This document shows, one piece after another, positions 13,900 through 27,437 of a DNA stretch of 64,000 bases (positions are counted from its first letter, which is position 1; every line of letters begins with the position of its first letter). The notes under the pieces were generated by a model. That model was given only the letters and a program-made list of their open reading frames with translations. It was not told the origin of the DNA and ran no database searches. The DNA is from Dicyema japonicum (taxonomy: Eukaryota; Animalia; Dicyemida): positions 197,080 through 261,079 of the forward strand of contig RDEW01000021.1 of NCBI GenBank assembly GCA_011109175.1, in the 5' to 3' direction. The position numbers were made by a program, and so were the translations under genes.

Positions 13900-15300
13900 G
13901 ATGAAGATTCTTCTTTACATCTCCCGTTCGAAGTAAAGAATGTCCCCATTGATTTTATTTGGTATATTGAAAGGCGGTTGATCGTCAATTAGTCTTACAA
14001 ACGGTCCAACTTCAGCTGAGTCTAGGAGGGTAAGGTTGAAGTGGAAAGGTTTCTGGTTCGGACAATAACTGGGAGTTTGTCGTCATCTGTTTCCATGTCA
14101 TGTATAAACAATGTCCCGGTCCACTGAGGGAAATCCGAAATCTCAACTGAGATGGGCTGGAAGATATCTTTGTTCTTTAATAAAACTTTAGAATCCTAAT
14201 CCATTGACGTTTCCAGAATGAGAAGGCGTCTGCGTGCTTGAGACACTCCGTAAATCGTTTTTGAACAAATCCACGTGCATCGATGTTTCTTTAAATCGTT
14301 GATTTAGAGTGATAGTTCTAATTGTTAGTCTACCAGAGGTCATTTTATTTTAGAATTACTGAGATTTGGTGCTTTTGGGAGACTATCAATCCTTGAGAAG
14401 ACGGAGGAGGAAACCTGACCATCAAACAAGATGAGCTTTTTTAGAACATTGGTATTTAACAGCTGATACAAGAAGAAAATAGTTAATAACTACTAATTCA
14501 GTTCACAAGTCCTTCTAAATCAAGGGAGAAAGAAACGTCCAGTATAAACCATCAGGGTATGGGTTGGAGAAGGTTTAACAGTCCTTTTTGTGTGCGACCT
14601 TGGGGGTTAATATTACTATTACCAAGGATTACTGGGTTAAGTGGAAAGCCTATATGGACGAAAATCCTTGATGGCTCTCCAGAAAGGACATGTGGTTATC
14701 TCGTATCTAGGGCGGTTTTTGAGGAATTTGTTTATGGCTTAATAGAGGGGACTGTTAGGCAGAGTAGCTGACCTCACCAACTTCTATTGTCGTCCAACCA
14801 AAACAACTTCCGAGGTGCGGAAACGGAGTTGCGGCCAATAACAATTTTAACAACTTCCTGGATTGTGAACAGTTTCGGGAGAGAAATGGCCGTTAGCCAA
14901 GAGGTCAATGCCGGTTGTACAAATTGCCGATAAAAGTGGAGAGGGGTAAACGTTTCTTCCAAGGGGTTTTGAGATTATCCTCGGGATCCTCAATCTTATA
15001 AGTGTCGCAGGGCCCGATTCTCAACATATTTTGGAATGTAAGTCTTGATCAAACTTCCCTCCCAGGATGGTTGGTATAGTTATTTGCATCCTTGTATAAT
15101 GTTGTCTGTAATATATTAAGAAGGTCACAACAGATTTTGGTGTCACCTTCGGGCGTAGTTTTCCCAATCACTGAGTTAACCAAATAAGCATTACTTGAAA
15201 TTTCTACTATGAATATGGATTTCTTCAAAGTTTTTTTTCAGTGTGGGTTTTGATGGATTTGGTCGTATTCCAGAACCTTGTAACAGATGGGTTTACATAA
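13900..15300 (-). pseudogene. Degenerate FN3-like extracellular protein gene fragment
   Basis: SAPRKL and GFRPYR (LxPxTxY-like) motifs in broken frames; boundaries approximate. Confidence 0.3.
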
Positions 15301-15699
15301 AGATCTCGGATAACTTCATCCCCTGTTTTATGCGCGTGAAAAATAATGAGTACAGGTTTAACCCGCCATTATAAGTTAAAATTTAAAATTAATTTCTTTT
15401 TAATTGAATCTCTTTAATTTAATTGATTAAAAAAAGGAAAGTCAGGTACCAAGTGTCAAGAAACAGTAGACATTGATGTTAACTATGGCAATTTCAGACT
15501 TTTATTGACCCAATCCGCTCCGGAGGTTCTCCCAGTCTTAAGGAGATTGTGCTTCCTCTCGGAGAACGATTCTGGTAACAGGCTGGTTACAGTCGAATTT
15601 CTCAAACGGACGAAGTGAAAATGATCATTGATTTCAAAAAAAATAATTTTAAATTGATTGCAAAATGATTAAATGTTAGAAAAATAATAACATTTAAAT

Positions 15700-16420
15700 T
15701 ACTACGGGGGAATCTACCAGAACTCTTCTTGTGAAATTGTGGAGCGAATTCTCGACTCCAAGGATTGGGTAGGCATTTAACCAACAATCACTATTCTCCA
15801 TGCATGCTAAACGAAAGCAACCCAGGCGGTGTTGGTTAAGGTTTTTCTTGAGCTCCAAAAATTGAAGTGATTCTTATTTTTCTCCAAGACCTCCGAGAAG
15901 TCTTTTTAAAATAAGATCTCGAAATGTTGAGTAAAATCACTGACAACAGGAAAACACATGAAGTACTGGAAGCGCAATTTCTGGAACAGATCTGAAGCTA
16001 AAGCCTCCCAGAGAGGTTGGGATGTGCATTGCTTCCAACCTTGTTCATCGGGGGTGTTTAGGATGTCCAAATCTCTGAATACTGGCGAACATTTCAGAAC
16101 AAAGAGTAACTTTTGTATGAAAAGACAATTTTCGGAAGAACCTTTAATCAAGGATCCTCAGTCTCTTGGATAGAATGCGTAGCAGAGAAAACACTACTCA
16201 GTTCCTCAGAAAACACTACAAGAACGCGAGCTATGTCGTCAACAGTCAATGCAAATAGTAGTGGTTCAAGCGTGTCCCGTTGCTGAATACCAGTCAAGTA
16301 CGGACGATATTGTCTCAAAAAATGAGTGTTATCCTAACTATAAGCCAAGGAAATCAGTTTACAGATTTCGACTGCCCTGCTAAGTTAAATGACATGTTAC
16401 AGTAAGGTCTCCCATAGGAA
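15700..16420 (-). mobile_element. CRE-type non-LTR RT fragment
   Basis: GIQQRDTLEPLLFALTVDD, a degenerate GVQQGDPLGPLLF. Confidence 0.6.
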
Positions 16421-16799
16421 TCCTGAGGACCGCGTAGAGAATAATAAATCTTAATATTAAAATTTATGCAGCAATTATCAATTCACAACTGACTTGATAA
16501 TTTGCCTATTTTGTAACGATAAAGGATTTATTTACCCCCTGGTCAATTTAAATAAATGAATCCAATGATTAAAGGGACGGCCAAAAGTGGATGCCTCCGA
16601 GAGCAAGCAAATGAATTTGATGTTATGTGGAAATTGTGAGGGACCTATGATTAGCATTGGTTCGCTTAAAGTGGAGGAATTCTATGATCAGCTCTCGATT
16701 TATAATTTCTTGGTATCTTAAGGTCTAACGTTTCTTGGATGATACACCGAGAAAGAAGTTGACAATAATCAACTGGGTATATTCAGTTCATCCGGTTGC

Positions 16800-17150
16800 A
16801 GTTACAAAGAGATCAGTCCTTGCATATGCAAGTTCATTCTGTCTCATAGATGTTGGTATCTCTCCGAGAAGTGATAACACGTAGTCATCAAGGAAAATGA
16901 TCTTTTTGAGCTTTGAAGAATAATTATATTATCATAAGCCTCTTTCTGTTTAAGAACCAACCACTGACAGCAATCCTCGTGTGAACTAAATCACTCAATT
17001 GCCAAGTGGATAACAAATGTCAGCTGAGAAAGCCGGCTGCGTGGATTGCGAAAGAGTTCCCTCGGAGTATGGCCATTCCAATCTTTTGTCTCAGCCATAA
17101 CCCTTCTCGTTGATCCCTTTTCTTTCTGGCAAGCATTCCTCCGAGCTTTT
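16800..17150 (-). mobile_element. CRE-type fragments (RT and restriction-like endonuclease C-terminus)
   Basis: WLRQKIGMAILRGNS at about 17050-17100; FLDDY at about 16880. Confidence 0.6.
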
Positions 17151-17899
17151 ATACTTTATTAAATTAAATTTATAAAAATAAATATTTTAAAATAATACTT
17201 AATTTTACCAAAAAAAAAAGTCATAATAATTTTTTAAAAGTTGACATATTAACTTAATTTTATGAGAATTGTTGTGAAATTTAGCATTTTAGTTATTTTC
17301 ATTATTTCTCTCAACAATATTCTTCACAAACTGCTTTGCTTTCAATTATATGCAAGATGATACTCCAACACAGCCAACCACAACTCTGAGTCAACGAGAA
17401 AAAAATCTAATATGGATCAATCAAATAACGACTATCAAAACTATTATCAGCGTTTGAAGTCTGTCGTTCACCTTGGGAACATGTCTTGTAGTACATTTTT
17501 ACCGCAAATATCGGGCAAAAAAACGGGTATTCTAATCACTAATTTAAAGGCCAAATTAATAGCTGATTCTAATTTCACTTCCTTGATTGACTAACAAATC
17601 TAATGGGAATGGGTGTAGAATTTCACTGTTTTATGCATGTTCACTTAGGAGTTAGTGAATCCTTGATTTTGACAGTTCTCATAGGTCTCTAGTCAATATT
17701 TAGTTCGCTTTCCTAGTCATTGCTATTTAAGTTCTCAACAGAATTGTCTGAGTGGCAATCATTTCTTTCCCTCTTAAGAGCCGCCGCCGTTAGAGATCCC
17801 GTGATTAAGCTTAAAAAAGTATTTATCGAATGAGAAATAGTTTGATTACATAAACAAGGTTTTACAGATTTTATTCAAGTTAACCCACTTTTCAATTTT

Positions 17900-19620
17900 A
17901 TTAGACCACGTGGTAATTATTTGATTGAAGTGCTTAAATCTGATTTATTATCCTATCATGTTGGTCTTCACTCTCATCAGATCAACAAGCTTATCCGTTG
18001 AACAATGAACTGTTTAAAAATTTTCACAAAAAATTATCAGAAATGAACTTTTTAGTAGAAGATGAGTTTTATCTGATTTTAGTGACAATTTCTAAAATTG
18101 ACACGAATTTCTGTCATAAAATTCCACATGTGACCTCAATAATACATAAATTGGGTTAGCAGATGATTAGACACAGTTTTCTTCTGCATCGTTGATTCAG
18201 AGTATGTTACACCTTATCGTTGGACTTCGACCTCCTCTGATTTTATCTTCAATATTCTTAGGCTTTTAGGGACACTGCGGTCGATTTCGTTTAATGTGCA
18301 CATCTCCAAGGGTATCTAAACTTATTTTCACAAGGCATACATGAATCTACATTTTAATCGATAGTCGGGTATCCCTCCCTTGTGGTCCCCGGCTTATCTA
18401 TGATTAATAAATCGCCTTTAGAGGTAATAGTCGTACAGTGTTGAGTTAATATTTATCACATTACGGCATTTTCTAGGAGATCTTTAACTAATAAAACGCT
18501 AAATTAGATATTTTCTACAATTTAACGATGGAATTTCAAATCATCCTGTTAAACGGTTCTCACTGTGAACTTTCAACACGGAAAGTACATATTTGCGTTT
18601 AACGAACGTCCTCTTGTACCGACGACTTACCAATGGCCTTTACTGAATTATACCTTTCAAAAATGTCACCAATAATTTCTAGGCATTGGCAACAAACATA
18701 GAATCTTCAACGTACAGTTTCTGAGTGTTGATTCTACGAGTTCTCTCAATTTTGCTCAAATAAGATTCGAACGTTGATTCTATTCCTTTGTTTAGAACTT
18801 TGGGTTTCCGATGAATATTGACTTTGCCGCTTTGTTCATGTTCGTGAAAATAAAGAAAATGTGAACTTTCATCCGTCATGAAGCTAAGTAGACATTCCGT
18901 GAATAGAGGTACGTCACCACCTCGACAATCTATTAACTACAAATTCTTCAGAAACACAGCCCTCAAGGAGATCATCAAACATGAGCTGTAGTCAGCTGAT
19001 TTTCTTTCTCCAAGTTCTCGAGGCTCGATTATGGGGATAGGAAAAGACTCGGTGTGATGACGTTTATCCCATTTCACACGGGAGATCTCTTGTTTTGGAC
19101 TTGACGAGTGCACGCTTTTACAGTTTCTAGTTTTGCACTTTCTAGACAGCCCAAATGCTGATTCTGCCGTATAGAAGAAATTGAAGTACTCAACTCTTAG
19201 AGATCGGTTCTGTCTCGTCTTAATCTCCTTCCAAACATTGGAAGGATTTGAAAAATTTGTAAAAAATGTCATCACTGAAGCTTGGAATACAATCGCGACG
19301 CAATTCAGTGACCCAGATGATACGAATAAACCAAAGGTATCAGGTTCGCGGTGAGGCCAATATATTTCCATAAGAGAGACATCAACTAACGTGGAGAGGG
19401 TAGTTCTCAAAACGATCAATTTGGGATATGTATATGGATTCAAATATCAACATCAACCCATCTGTCATCGCATAAACGTGGGGGTTCACAGTCCTGGACA
19501 TATGGAAATATGGTTTGTTCAATCAACGTACACAAGGTTACGAGAAAAAAATATATCGATTCGTGTGCTATCAAAGGTAACAAAAGCCTCCCAAGCCTTT
19601 GGAGGTCTTCGTCTATAACA
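17900..19620 (-). pseudogene. Degenerate FN3-like family gene
   Basis: LNPYTY motif in the 168-aa ORF; shares the DNA motif gtggtgacgtacct...tgtctacttagcttcatg with about 21760, 50930 and 62860. Confidence 0.4.
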
Positions 19621-20086
19621 GTTGGAGTGATTTTTGGTTATTGACGTATCGTTATTGCTCGAAATGTCTACTTAGAGTGATTATTATAGTTACTTCTAAT
19701 CGATGAAACTCGAAACCCCCTTCTAAGAGACAATCCACTCATATCATGGATGAATTCATTTACACAGTGGACTTTATGTTTTTAAAAGCATTTATTTAAA
19801 GTCGAAAATTATCTCATCGAACAACTGATTATGGGTTAATAGAGATTCATCTGAAAATGATTATCGTGGAATTTAACATAATGATTGAAACTCTAAGCAA
19901 ATAGATCAGGAAAATTAGCTATTTTATTATGTTGATGAAACGTTTATCGGATAGATTGGAAACCTTATATTTGAGTGCAATTAAAAGACTCAATTAAAGA
20001 GGTTGTGTAGTCGTGCTGAATCCTGGTTGCAGAAGGGAAATAATAAGCTGGAGCTGGAGTAGATATGAAAAGGTTAAAAAGAAAAT

Positions 20087-20158
20087 GGCTGGTAGCTTAG
20101 TAGGTTAGAGCTTCGTGCTAATAACGCGAAGGTCCCGGTTCGACTCCCACTCGACGCA
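20087..20158 (+). tRNA. tRNA-Ile(AAT), probably a pseudogene
   Basis: D-arm tagcttagtaggttagagc, anticodon arm ttcgtg-ctAATaa-cgcgaa, T-loop ggttcgact; acceptor stem pairs poorly. Confidence 0.7.
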
Positions 20159-21059
20159 ATTTTTCGCCGATAAAACTTAAAATAATTATTAACCTTTTAA
20201 TTACTTTCTTGAATCACTCATAACTTTTGTTGGTTTGGACGCTGCCGAACAACCCTCGAGCCAGTCGGTCTTTGCAGGCGTGACGACTGGATTGGATGGC
20301 AATCTTCCTTTGAGGTCTGGAAACCTCTGGGATGTAAGGCCGAGACGTTGGCGGGTAAAGTACTCGGTCTTAACCAATGATTTTTTGAAATCTTACTCGT
20401 TTATCATCCTAGTCTTCATCACATCCAAATTTTCTTGAAAAAAGGATAGAAAACGTCTTTTTCAACCTCTATGGACTGAGACTTTTGCCATCATATCAGA
20501 TCACCTTCTAAAATGTCTCCTTGTCCACGAAACATTCAATAAGAACAAAAAGTCAAATCTGGAAAATTCAAAGCATGGTGATTTTTCAAGAATATATCTA
20601 ATTGATGTGGAAGAACTCAAAAAAATATTAAAATTGAAAGTTCAATATTATTGGACCAGTCTGCCAGGACTACAATATTGGAAGCTTCATCGTCAGTCAT
20701 GAAATTGCAAAAATGGGGAAACCATTCACAGTGGATACATCAAATCCTGTTTTCTTACATTGTCACTACAACTATTCCAAAATTTACGAATAAAACAGAG
20801 ATTTTAATCCAAATTAAAAATAAACTGTTATCCACAAAAAATGCGAATAGAACTAATAAGATGTCTTGCAATGTGACTATGTAACAAGTTGATGAACTTT
20901 ATAGCTTCTGTAATTTCACTATGGCAAAGGAAATGCAGTGTCAATTTTCTCATTAATTAGATTAAATATAATTTTGTTATGTTTTAATATTTTAAAATTG
21001 ACATCAATTTTTTTAATTGTCAAAAAACCAAAAATTGGCTCTTTGACTTAGAAGGTTGC

Positions 21060-21190
21060 CAACTCCTTGTCTAGGGAATCGGATTTCTACACGATCAGGA
21101 GATCTCAGTGAGCGCTACTGGTTCTTTGAGCGAATCTCGCTCGCCATTCTGAGAGGGAATAGCCACTCAGTCAGTGCGGACGCTATATTA
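21060..21190 (+). mobile_element. CRE-type 3' fragment
   Basis: YWFFERISLAILRGN; closely similar to 28220-28350. Confidence 0.65.
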
Positions 21191-21229
21191 TCATTTGCTC
21201 ACTTTTTCCGTAATAATTTGTTCAACATA

Positions 21230-21520
21230 CAAAAAATCCTGAGATTGGACCCGAGATCCCCCCGAATATCGCCATGGAAGATTACTACTCCTCCAATATA
21301 AAACGCTTTCGTGGAAAACCGAAAACAATCCTCCCGGTCGATTTACAAAACGATCTGAAAGGAGTAAAGAAAACATTGGCATCTGTCGACGACCTGGACA
21401 CAGTGAGGGATCTGGCTAAGAACAGAAAAGCCTGTAACAAGCTAACTCATTCTCTTATATTTTTTGCTGCACATGCGGGGCTATAAATATTATGGCTCTC
21501 ATGAAAGTGCTAATAATAAT
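21230..21520 (+). mobile_element. RTE 3' end with (TAA)n tail
   Basis: FRGKPKTILPVDLQNDLK...DLDTVRDLAKNR, homologous to the C-terminus of 10900-12486; ends taataataat. Confidence 0.8.
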
Positions 21521-21739
21521 GCAAAAAGTTAACTTTTTGTATAAAATTAATAAATCATCCGTAAATGCAATTGAAGGTAGAAATTAATGATATCCAATAA
21601 TCAATAGACAATTAATTATTAGAATGGGTTGTCTTTAAGAAGGTATCACTTTTATCTCCTCTTTGACTTGTGTTTGAATCATCCATGCATTTAGTGACTT
21701 TAAAGTTCGCATATTTATGACTGATCAGTAAGTCAAAGT

Positions 21740-22370
21740 TAAATTGGTCGAATGTTAAGGTGGTGACATACCTATGTTATTCAAAACATCTACTTAGCTT
21801 CATGAGAGACGAAAGCTTCCTCTTTCCTATGGACGAGGTGACAGTCAGGAGTTATCGAAATTCAAAGTTATGAACAAAAGATCGGGGTATGCATGTATAG
21901 CATGTGTAGCAGAAGATGCTATTTTAGATGTCAATCTCCTCCACAATTGTTAACTAACGATCCCAATAAATCTGTGTAATCTGCGGATCTTCACTCTTTA
22001 CAACGTTTTCAAGTCATTTCCTATGACAACTGGCATAGTTACACTCGGCCTTCAAGGAATGTGGCACTCCTGGGAAACCTAATCGCCTTTCATGTCTACA
22101 TTTGAGGTCGAGTACACCCTCAAGATGTCCGAACTGTCTCCAGCGAGATTCCGTTATTTCCATGCTTATTGGCTTGAACCCCATTTCTAGTAGATTGCTT
22201 CTGATCAGCTAGCATGTTTATGTGATCTTCTCTCGTGGTTCATGGGTAAAGAGCGATGTTGCTAGTTAGTTGCCCCGCCCACTAACATGTAGGATACCGA
22301 CAGCCATCAAGCGTCTAGTGTTGGGCGCTCCCACAAGTCCCTTGTCCAGAAAGGACTTGATTGATAATAG
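21740..22370 (+). pseudogene. Degenerate FN3-like family fragment
   Basis: Family motif at about 21760-21820; VAPPTNM at about 22268 whose reverse complement matches 34023-34056. Confidence 0.4.
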
Positions 22371-22514
22371 CAATGTTGGTAATAATAAAAATAAAAAACT
22401 AAATAATTAAAAACCTGATATACCACAAATTAATAGTCGAAATATTAATAATTGGTTGTAACCAAATTACATTATTAAAACACCACAAACTCATATATTT
22501 GAATAAATTAATAA

Positions 22515-23498
22515 TTAGCCAGTGACAATCGGAACAGTTTTCCCAAAATATTTGATAAGTTGTTCGTAGAATAAAAAGGTTAGTACTGTTTGTGGACCAA
22601 TACGCACAAACGCAGGCACAAAACCCTATGATTATAAAAAGCATCCAACTTTAACGAACCCACGTGGACCATCCTTTCCGATATCCTTAAAACAGACAAT
22701 TATTGACTTGATATATACAAATGATTACAGAATAGTTGCTTGTCATCATCCTAGTCTTCATCACATCCAGTGGTTGACAGAGAGTGGTCGCCACGACTCC
22801 CTATTACATCATATGACTGGGTACTGCTATGAAACTGCTAGTTAAGTGGGTAACTGTGTTGTCCCCAAAGTAGCCAGTCTTTATCAGAATCTCCTTCATT
22901 TGATCATAAAACGAAATTTGTCCGATTGTGACGAATAGTCCTCGAAAGGCAGTCATGCTAACCCCATTGAATACTTTGGAGGTCCCTCGTGTCGTACAAC
23001 TTTATACAATCCATCAAAAACGTGTTTGTAACTAAAATTACAACTTCCAATACTTTCTGCGCTCACCAGCAGGGAGCCGCATATCATTCTGCATTCTGAC
23101 ATTAACCATGTCTCCCGGGTTACCAACAATTCCACCAATAAAGCCAGAAAATCCAGCCAGTGCTACTTTTTGATAGAAAGGGAGTGTTCTATTGGATCCT
23201 TGTGTCATTTTTTGTCTCACCAATTCATAAATAGCAAAACGCGTAAGGGAATATGTGGCCTGTCTCAAAAGAGAGGCAGACAGTCCATTATACAACCCAG
23301 AGATCTTATTATCTCTCACAACATTAGCAAACAGTCTAGTCATTCCAGCATTATTGTCAGACCTTTGGTTTTGCAAGTGAACCTTAGTAAACCAACTCCA
23401 CCAACCTTGATAAGATCAAGAGGGTGAGTAAAAAGCACAGCTCCCATACTGGCTAACCCACCAAAGTAGAAATATCCAACCTTCTTAGTCTCAACCAT
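22515..23498 (-). CDS. SLC25A10: Mitochondrial dicarboxylate carrier
   Basis: Spliced by hand: FYFGGLASMGAVLFTHPLDLIKVHLQ, LYNGLSASLLRQATYSLTRF, GNPGDMVNVRMQND, CQPLDVMKTRMM, GFVPAFVRIGPQTVLTFLFYEQL. Five introns of 23, 22, 24, 22 and 24 nt; one single-base frameshift near 22978. Confidence 0.93.
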
Positions 23499-23593
23499 AA
23501 CACCAATTAAAACTACTTATGCGTATTAAATAATAATAATGACGACGCAATGACCCAATAAACTCAATTTTCAAAAAATAATAATTTAACATA

Positions 23594-25308
23594 TTATTTG
23601 TCATTCTCACGTTTAGAGGAGTCATCAAACAGTTCAAGCACGTGTGATATTGGTTGGGGTTGATTATTAGAATCCAATTTCATTGGTTTGATAACTCCCA
23701 TTCGATCAAGTTTATCGATGGCTGTGATTATCTGTTCAATTTCGTACTCCTTCTGCTCCTCACTCATTTCAATCGGTCTTGGGGGCTCATACCTTCCCGT
23801 TACAGGGTTTATGCTTAAAATGACAACCAAACAAACTCAGCCGACAATTTGGAGTACTCCTCAGTCTCTGAAAATTCAGAGTCATCATTCGAGTCGACCT
23901 CCTCTTGATTAACTGCGTCACCCATAGGGTAGGATAGAATACCGGCTGCATTCCCATATCCCGTATATTTAACAAGTCTGTCAGCTGCAGTGACACCAAA
24001 CCAACAAACCAGAGTAATTGCACACAACATACATCAAATACGCGGCGACCTTGGACACTGTAGAATCGGGGGACTGCATTAGTTTGCACATTCCGCATCA
24101 TATACACACAAACCTGTTTCGAACAGAACTTCCCATTTGCGGGAGATCAACAACCTCATCCTTTAAATAGGGAATAATCTGGAAGTAGGAAGGACACACA
24201 AACCAGTAGGCGACAGTAGTGCCGTATATCTCTGCTTGACCTGCAGAGGTTGATAATGCACTGAAGAACAGGAAGAAACATCCCAGGATAATCCAGCTTC
24301 TACAAATCATCAAACCACCAACTTTGTTGTCCTCCATTCTATACACAAAATCAAGTTTATCCACCAAATGTCTTACAATCTGAGCCACAGCGGACATGTT
24401 TTTATTATTATATATCTTGTTAGCCATATCATTATTCACATTGGGGACATCTACTACTAAATTCTTCCCAATAATATCTCCAATGGGCATGTTTATGAGG
24501 ACATTCATGCAGTATTGGACTAGAGAGTCCTTCGCTAACAGTCTCCTCATTAATTTGACCACATCAACGAGTCCATCCTGCATATTACCCCCATAATACC
24601 TCATCAGTTGAATGGAGTGTGGTGTTATACAACAATCTAAGAGACTCGACCACTCCGTCCCCTTTCGAGGACAACCTGTTTGTTAGAGCCACCACCGCCT
24701 TTAGCCTTTCAGCCAATAATCGCAGTGGAAAATTTGGAAGAGAAGTCCAAAATCCAACAAGTCTCAGTCCAAATATCTACCACAGTCCCCAAGGACCATA
24801 CCAACTCCTCACAGTCTTCCAAGGAAAGTACAAAGTCGATAATATTCATTGAGCACTCGATGTCACCCCTCACAAAGTGATCCCTAACTGACGTAGACTG
24901 AAAAGAGCAGTTATAAGCACACTTAATAGCAGTCAAAGTTGCTTCATTTAATATTCAAATATAAACTGGTTTTGTTGAATATCAAGCTAACGACAGTTGA
25001 CACGACTAGTGGGTTTTCCAATGACGTCATACTCATCGAGTCCCTCACCAGCAATGTCATGGAGGAGAGGATTAGATTGTGTAGATGACACATTTCTGGT
25101 GAGTTTAGCTGTTTTAAGAAATATTCGAATAGTTCCTAAGGTTATTTAGTAGTCTTACTGATATTGACTGTTCTGTGTCATAATTGAATGAAAATGTTGA
25201 TTTATTCTATGATTACTGCATATATTTTACATTTTCTACAAAAGATTCCAAAACTATCTCCAATTCTGTGTCCGTAAGTCCTATTAAGCTTGTAACTGTA
25301 AGTGACAT
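23594..25308 (-). CDS. RIC8: Synembryn / Ric-8 G-alpha GEF and chaperone
   Basis: RLVKYTGYGNAAGIL, INPVTGR, EMSEEQKEYE...IDKLDRMGVIKPM; tiny introns. Confidence 0.92.
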
Positions 25309-25479
25309 CACATAAATGTAATTTAAATTTTTACTAAATTAAATTAATTCATTGAATTATTTTAATATATTAAATGATTATTTGTAATCGTTTTCTCGAT
25401 ATTAACATTTTGCAAGTGGAATATTTTAAAGATCCCATTTTGTGACCTTTTTTACATTTTGCAGACAAGGAGGCCTGAG

Positions 25480-25900
25480 ACCACGATTAACTATGTGGAA
25501 ATCCCTTTTATGGCCGCCCTACTATCCTGGGAGTGACGTTTGACCAAGGACTTAAATTCGAAAGACATGTTAAGAATCGGGCAACTGCGACACTTACGAT
25601 AAAAAGGATCTTAAGGATAATTTCAAAACTCCTTGGAAGAAACGCTGGGCCCCTCTCGGTTTTTTATCGGCACTTTTTATAAACGGTATTGACCAACGCA
25701 AGTGAGTCGTGGTCAATGGCCACTTCTCGATCCTGAATCTGTCCGCAATGAAGGAACTTTGTGTCCGCCCTCTAGAAGCAGTTTTGTTTGGACGAAAACA
25801 GAAGTTGGTGAGGGCTGAGATCTCCAAGGGTCGGACACGACTTAATTGGACAACATAACATAAGTGATCCCGGTTTTCCGGGTTTTGGCTCTCTATTATA
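25480..25900 (+). mobile_element. Decayed Ingi/Vingi-type fragment
   Basis: ILGVTFDQGLKFERHV and downstream C-terminal remnants. Confidence 0.55.
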
Positions 25901-25989
25901 CCTTTTTTGTGTTATTGAGATTAAATAAATACGATAAATGTATACGAAAACTACTAAAACCAATTAATTCGCTATTTTGTAGGAGGCCG

Positions 25990-26750
25990 GCAGTCCATAG
26001 CTATACTTAGATGTCCACTGAAGGTCCCGGGCATGAGAAAACTTATCATAGTATCATTGATAGTTGGTCCGCTGATGGAAGCCAAGAGCTCGATTCGTAT
26101 CTAAGGAGGAAATAATTAGAACATTGTTATGCTAAGGTCTTCCTTTGTTTTTTCGTTGAGGGTAGCCTCCTAGTCAGGCACCAATGATGGACGGTCACCC
26201 AGCAGATCGTTCCAAAGATGTCTTCAGATGACCTTGGTAGAGATGCGGTCATGTATTGTCTTTGGCTTGGTTTTATCTGGAGGTGGCTGAGGAATTTTAA
26301 CCAATTCACGAAACAAGTTCATTATGGTCGGAATCATCTTTTTGTTTCTCTTCATGTGAGTCAGGAAGTGGAAGGTGACCTGGTTTCGAAATTGCGTTTA
26401 ATAATTAAAGGTTCCTCGTGAAAGGTTATCTTCCACTGGGAGAATGGTTGATTCCCAGTGGAGTGTAGGACGGTGTGAATTGATCATCCAATAATTGTTC
26501 GAAGATCTCCGTTTTAGACTCTGAAGTTTTTGACTGTTGCAGGCTGCGAGGGATGAGGTCATGGAGTGGATCGCGTAGTTCAAGGTGGTCTTGATATATT
26601 GTTTGTAGATTATTCTGAGGGTTTCTTTGTCCTGGTCGTAGATAGATCCGGCCACTGCGAAGAGGGCGTTCATTTTCTTGTTTGATTTTGCTAACACGTG
26701 GTCCACATGTGAGGAGAATGTAAGAAATTAGTTGTAGATATAGGTGACAA
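25990..26750 (-). mobile_element. Decayed Ingi/Vingi-type 3' portion
   Basis: IYKQYIKTTLNYA, LHWESTILP; homologous to 59453-60091. Confidence 0.7.
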
Positions 26751-27188
26751 GGGGATTCAGTTTGCGGACACTATTCGACATTGATTTGACAAATAATGGG
26801 TAATGAGGTCGGCGGTTTGTTCTTGAAATGATTTGGTTTGGTGCCGATTGTTTGTTCCAGATTCGTGGGAGGTTGAATTTAGTGCCTGTCCAGTCGAAAT
26901 GGACTTCAGTATGTTCCAATATTCAGCAAGTAGAAGGAGGAGAGCGTGTTGGATTATCCAAAAATTTATCAAATTAATGTAAAATTGCCAAATTTCAAGG
27001 TGATTACACTTAAAACTAATGATTTTTTAATAAACATATACATTCAAGCAAAAACGACAAACAGACTTCAGTCGTCAAGAGAGTGACCATTCACAGGTGC
27101 TGTGAAGACCATATCAGTTCGGGGGGACTCTGAGTCGCAATACATTCAGGATCCTTGACTCTAATTGAGAGACAATGTTGACCTATTA

Positions 27189-27300
27189 TTTCGATACCAT
27201 CCGGGCGTCCATGGTTGCGGATAGGGAGTATGCGACTCTTTTCCAACACTTCAAGTGAGCGATGCCACCACGTAGGCGAGTCACACGGCATGTCAAAGAT
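27189..27300 (-). mobile_element. 112-bp mini-element consisting mostly of an HDV-like pseudoknot, flanked by a 15-bp direct repeat
   Basis: AATGTTGACCTATTA at 27174-27188 and 27301-27315; internal sequence homologous to the 5' end of the element at 58998-59049. Confidence 0.6.
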
Positions 27301-27437
27301 AATGTTGACCTATTAAAATTAAATCAATAAATGTCATGAAAATATGTCCATTAGTATTTTAATTTGTGACATAAATTATTATTTGCTTAAACTTTCCTTA
27401 ATATTATTGTTTGCTTAAACTTTCCTTAATAGGCTTT

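Noticed and set aside
19700-20030. Tc1/IS630-like transposase remnant (YYVDETFI)
   Set aside because: One short motif only; too decayed to support a call.
27380-27431. 28-bp tandem duplication; similar ones at 34895-34961 and 55144-55230
   Set aside because: Two-copy AT-rich slippage duplications with no further structure.
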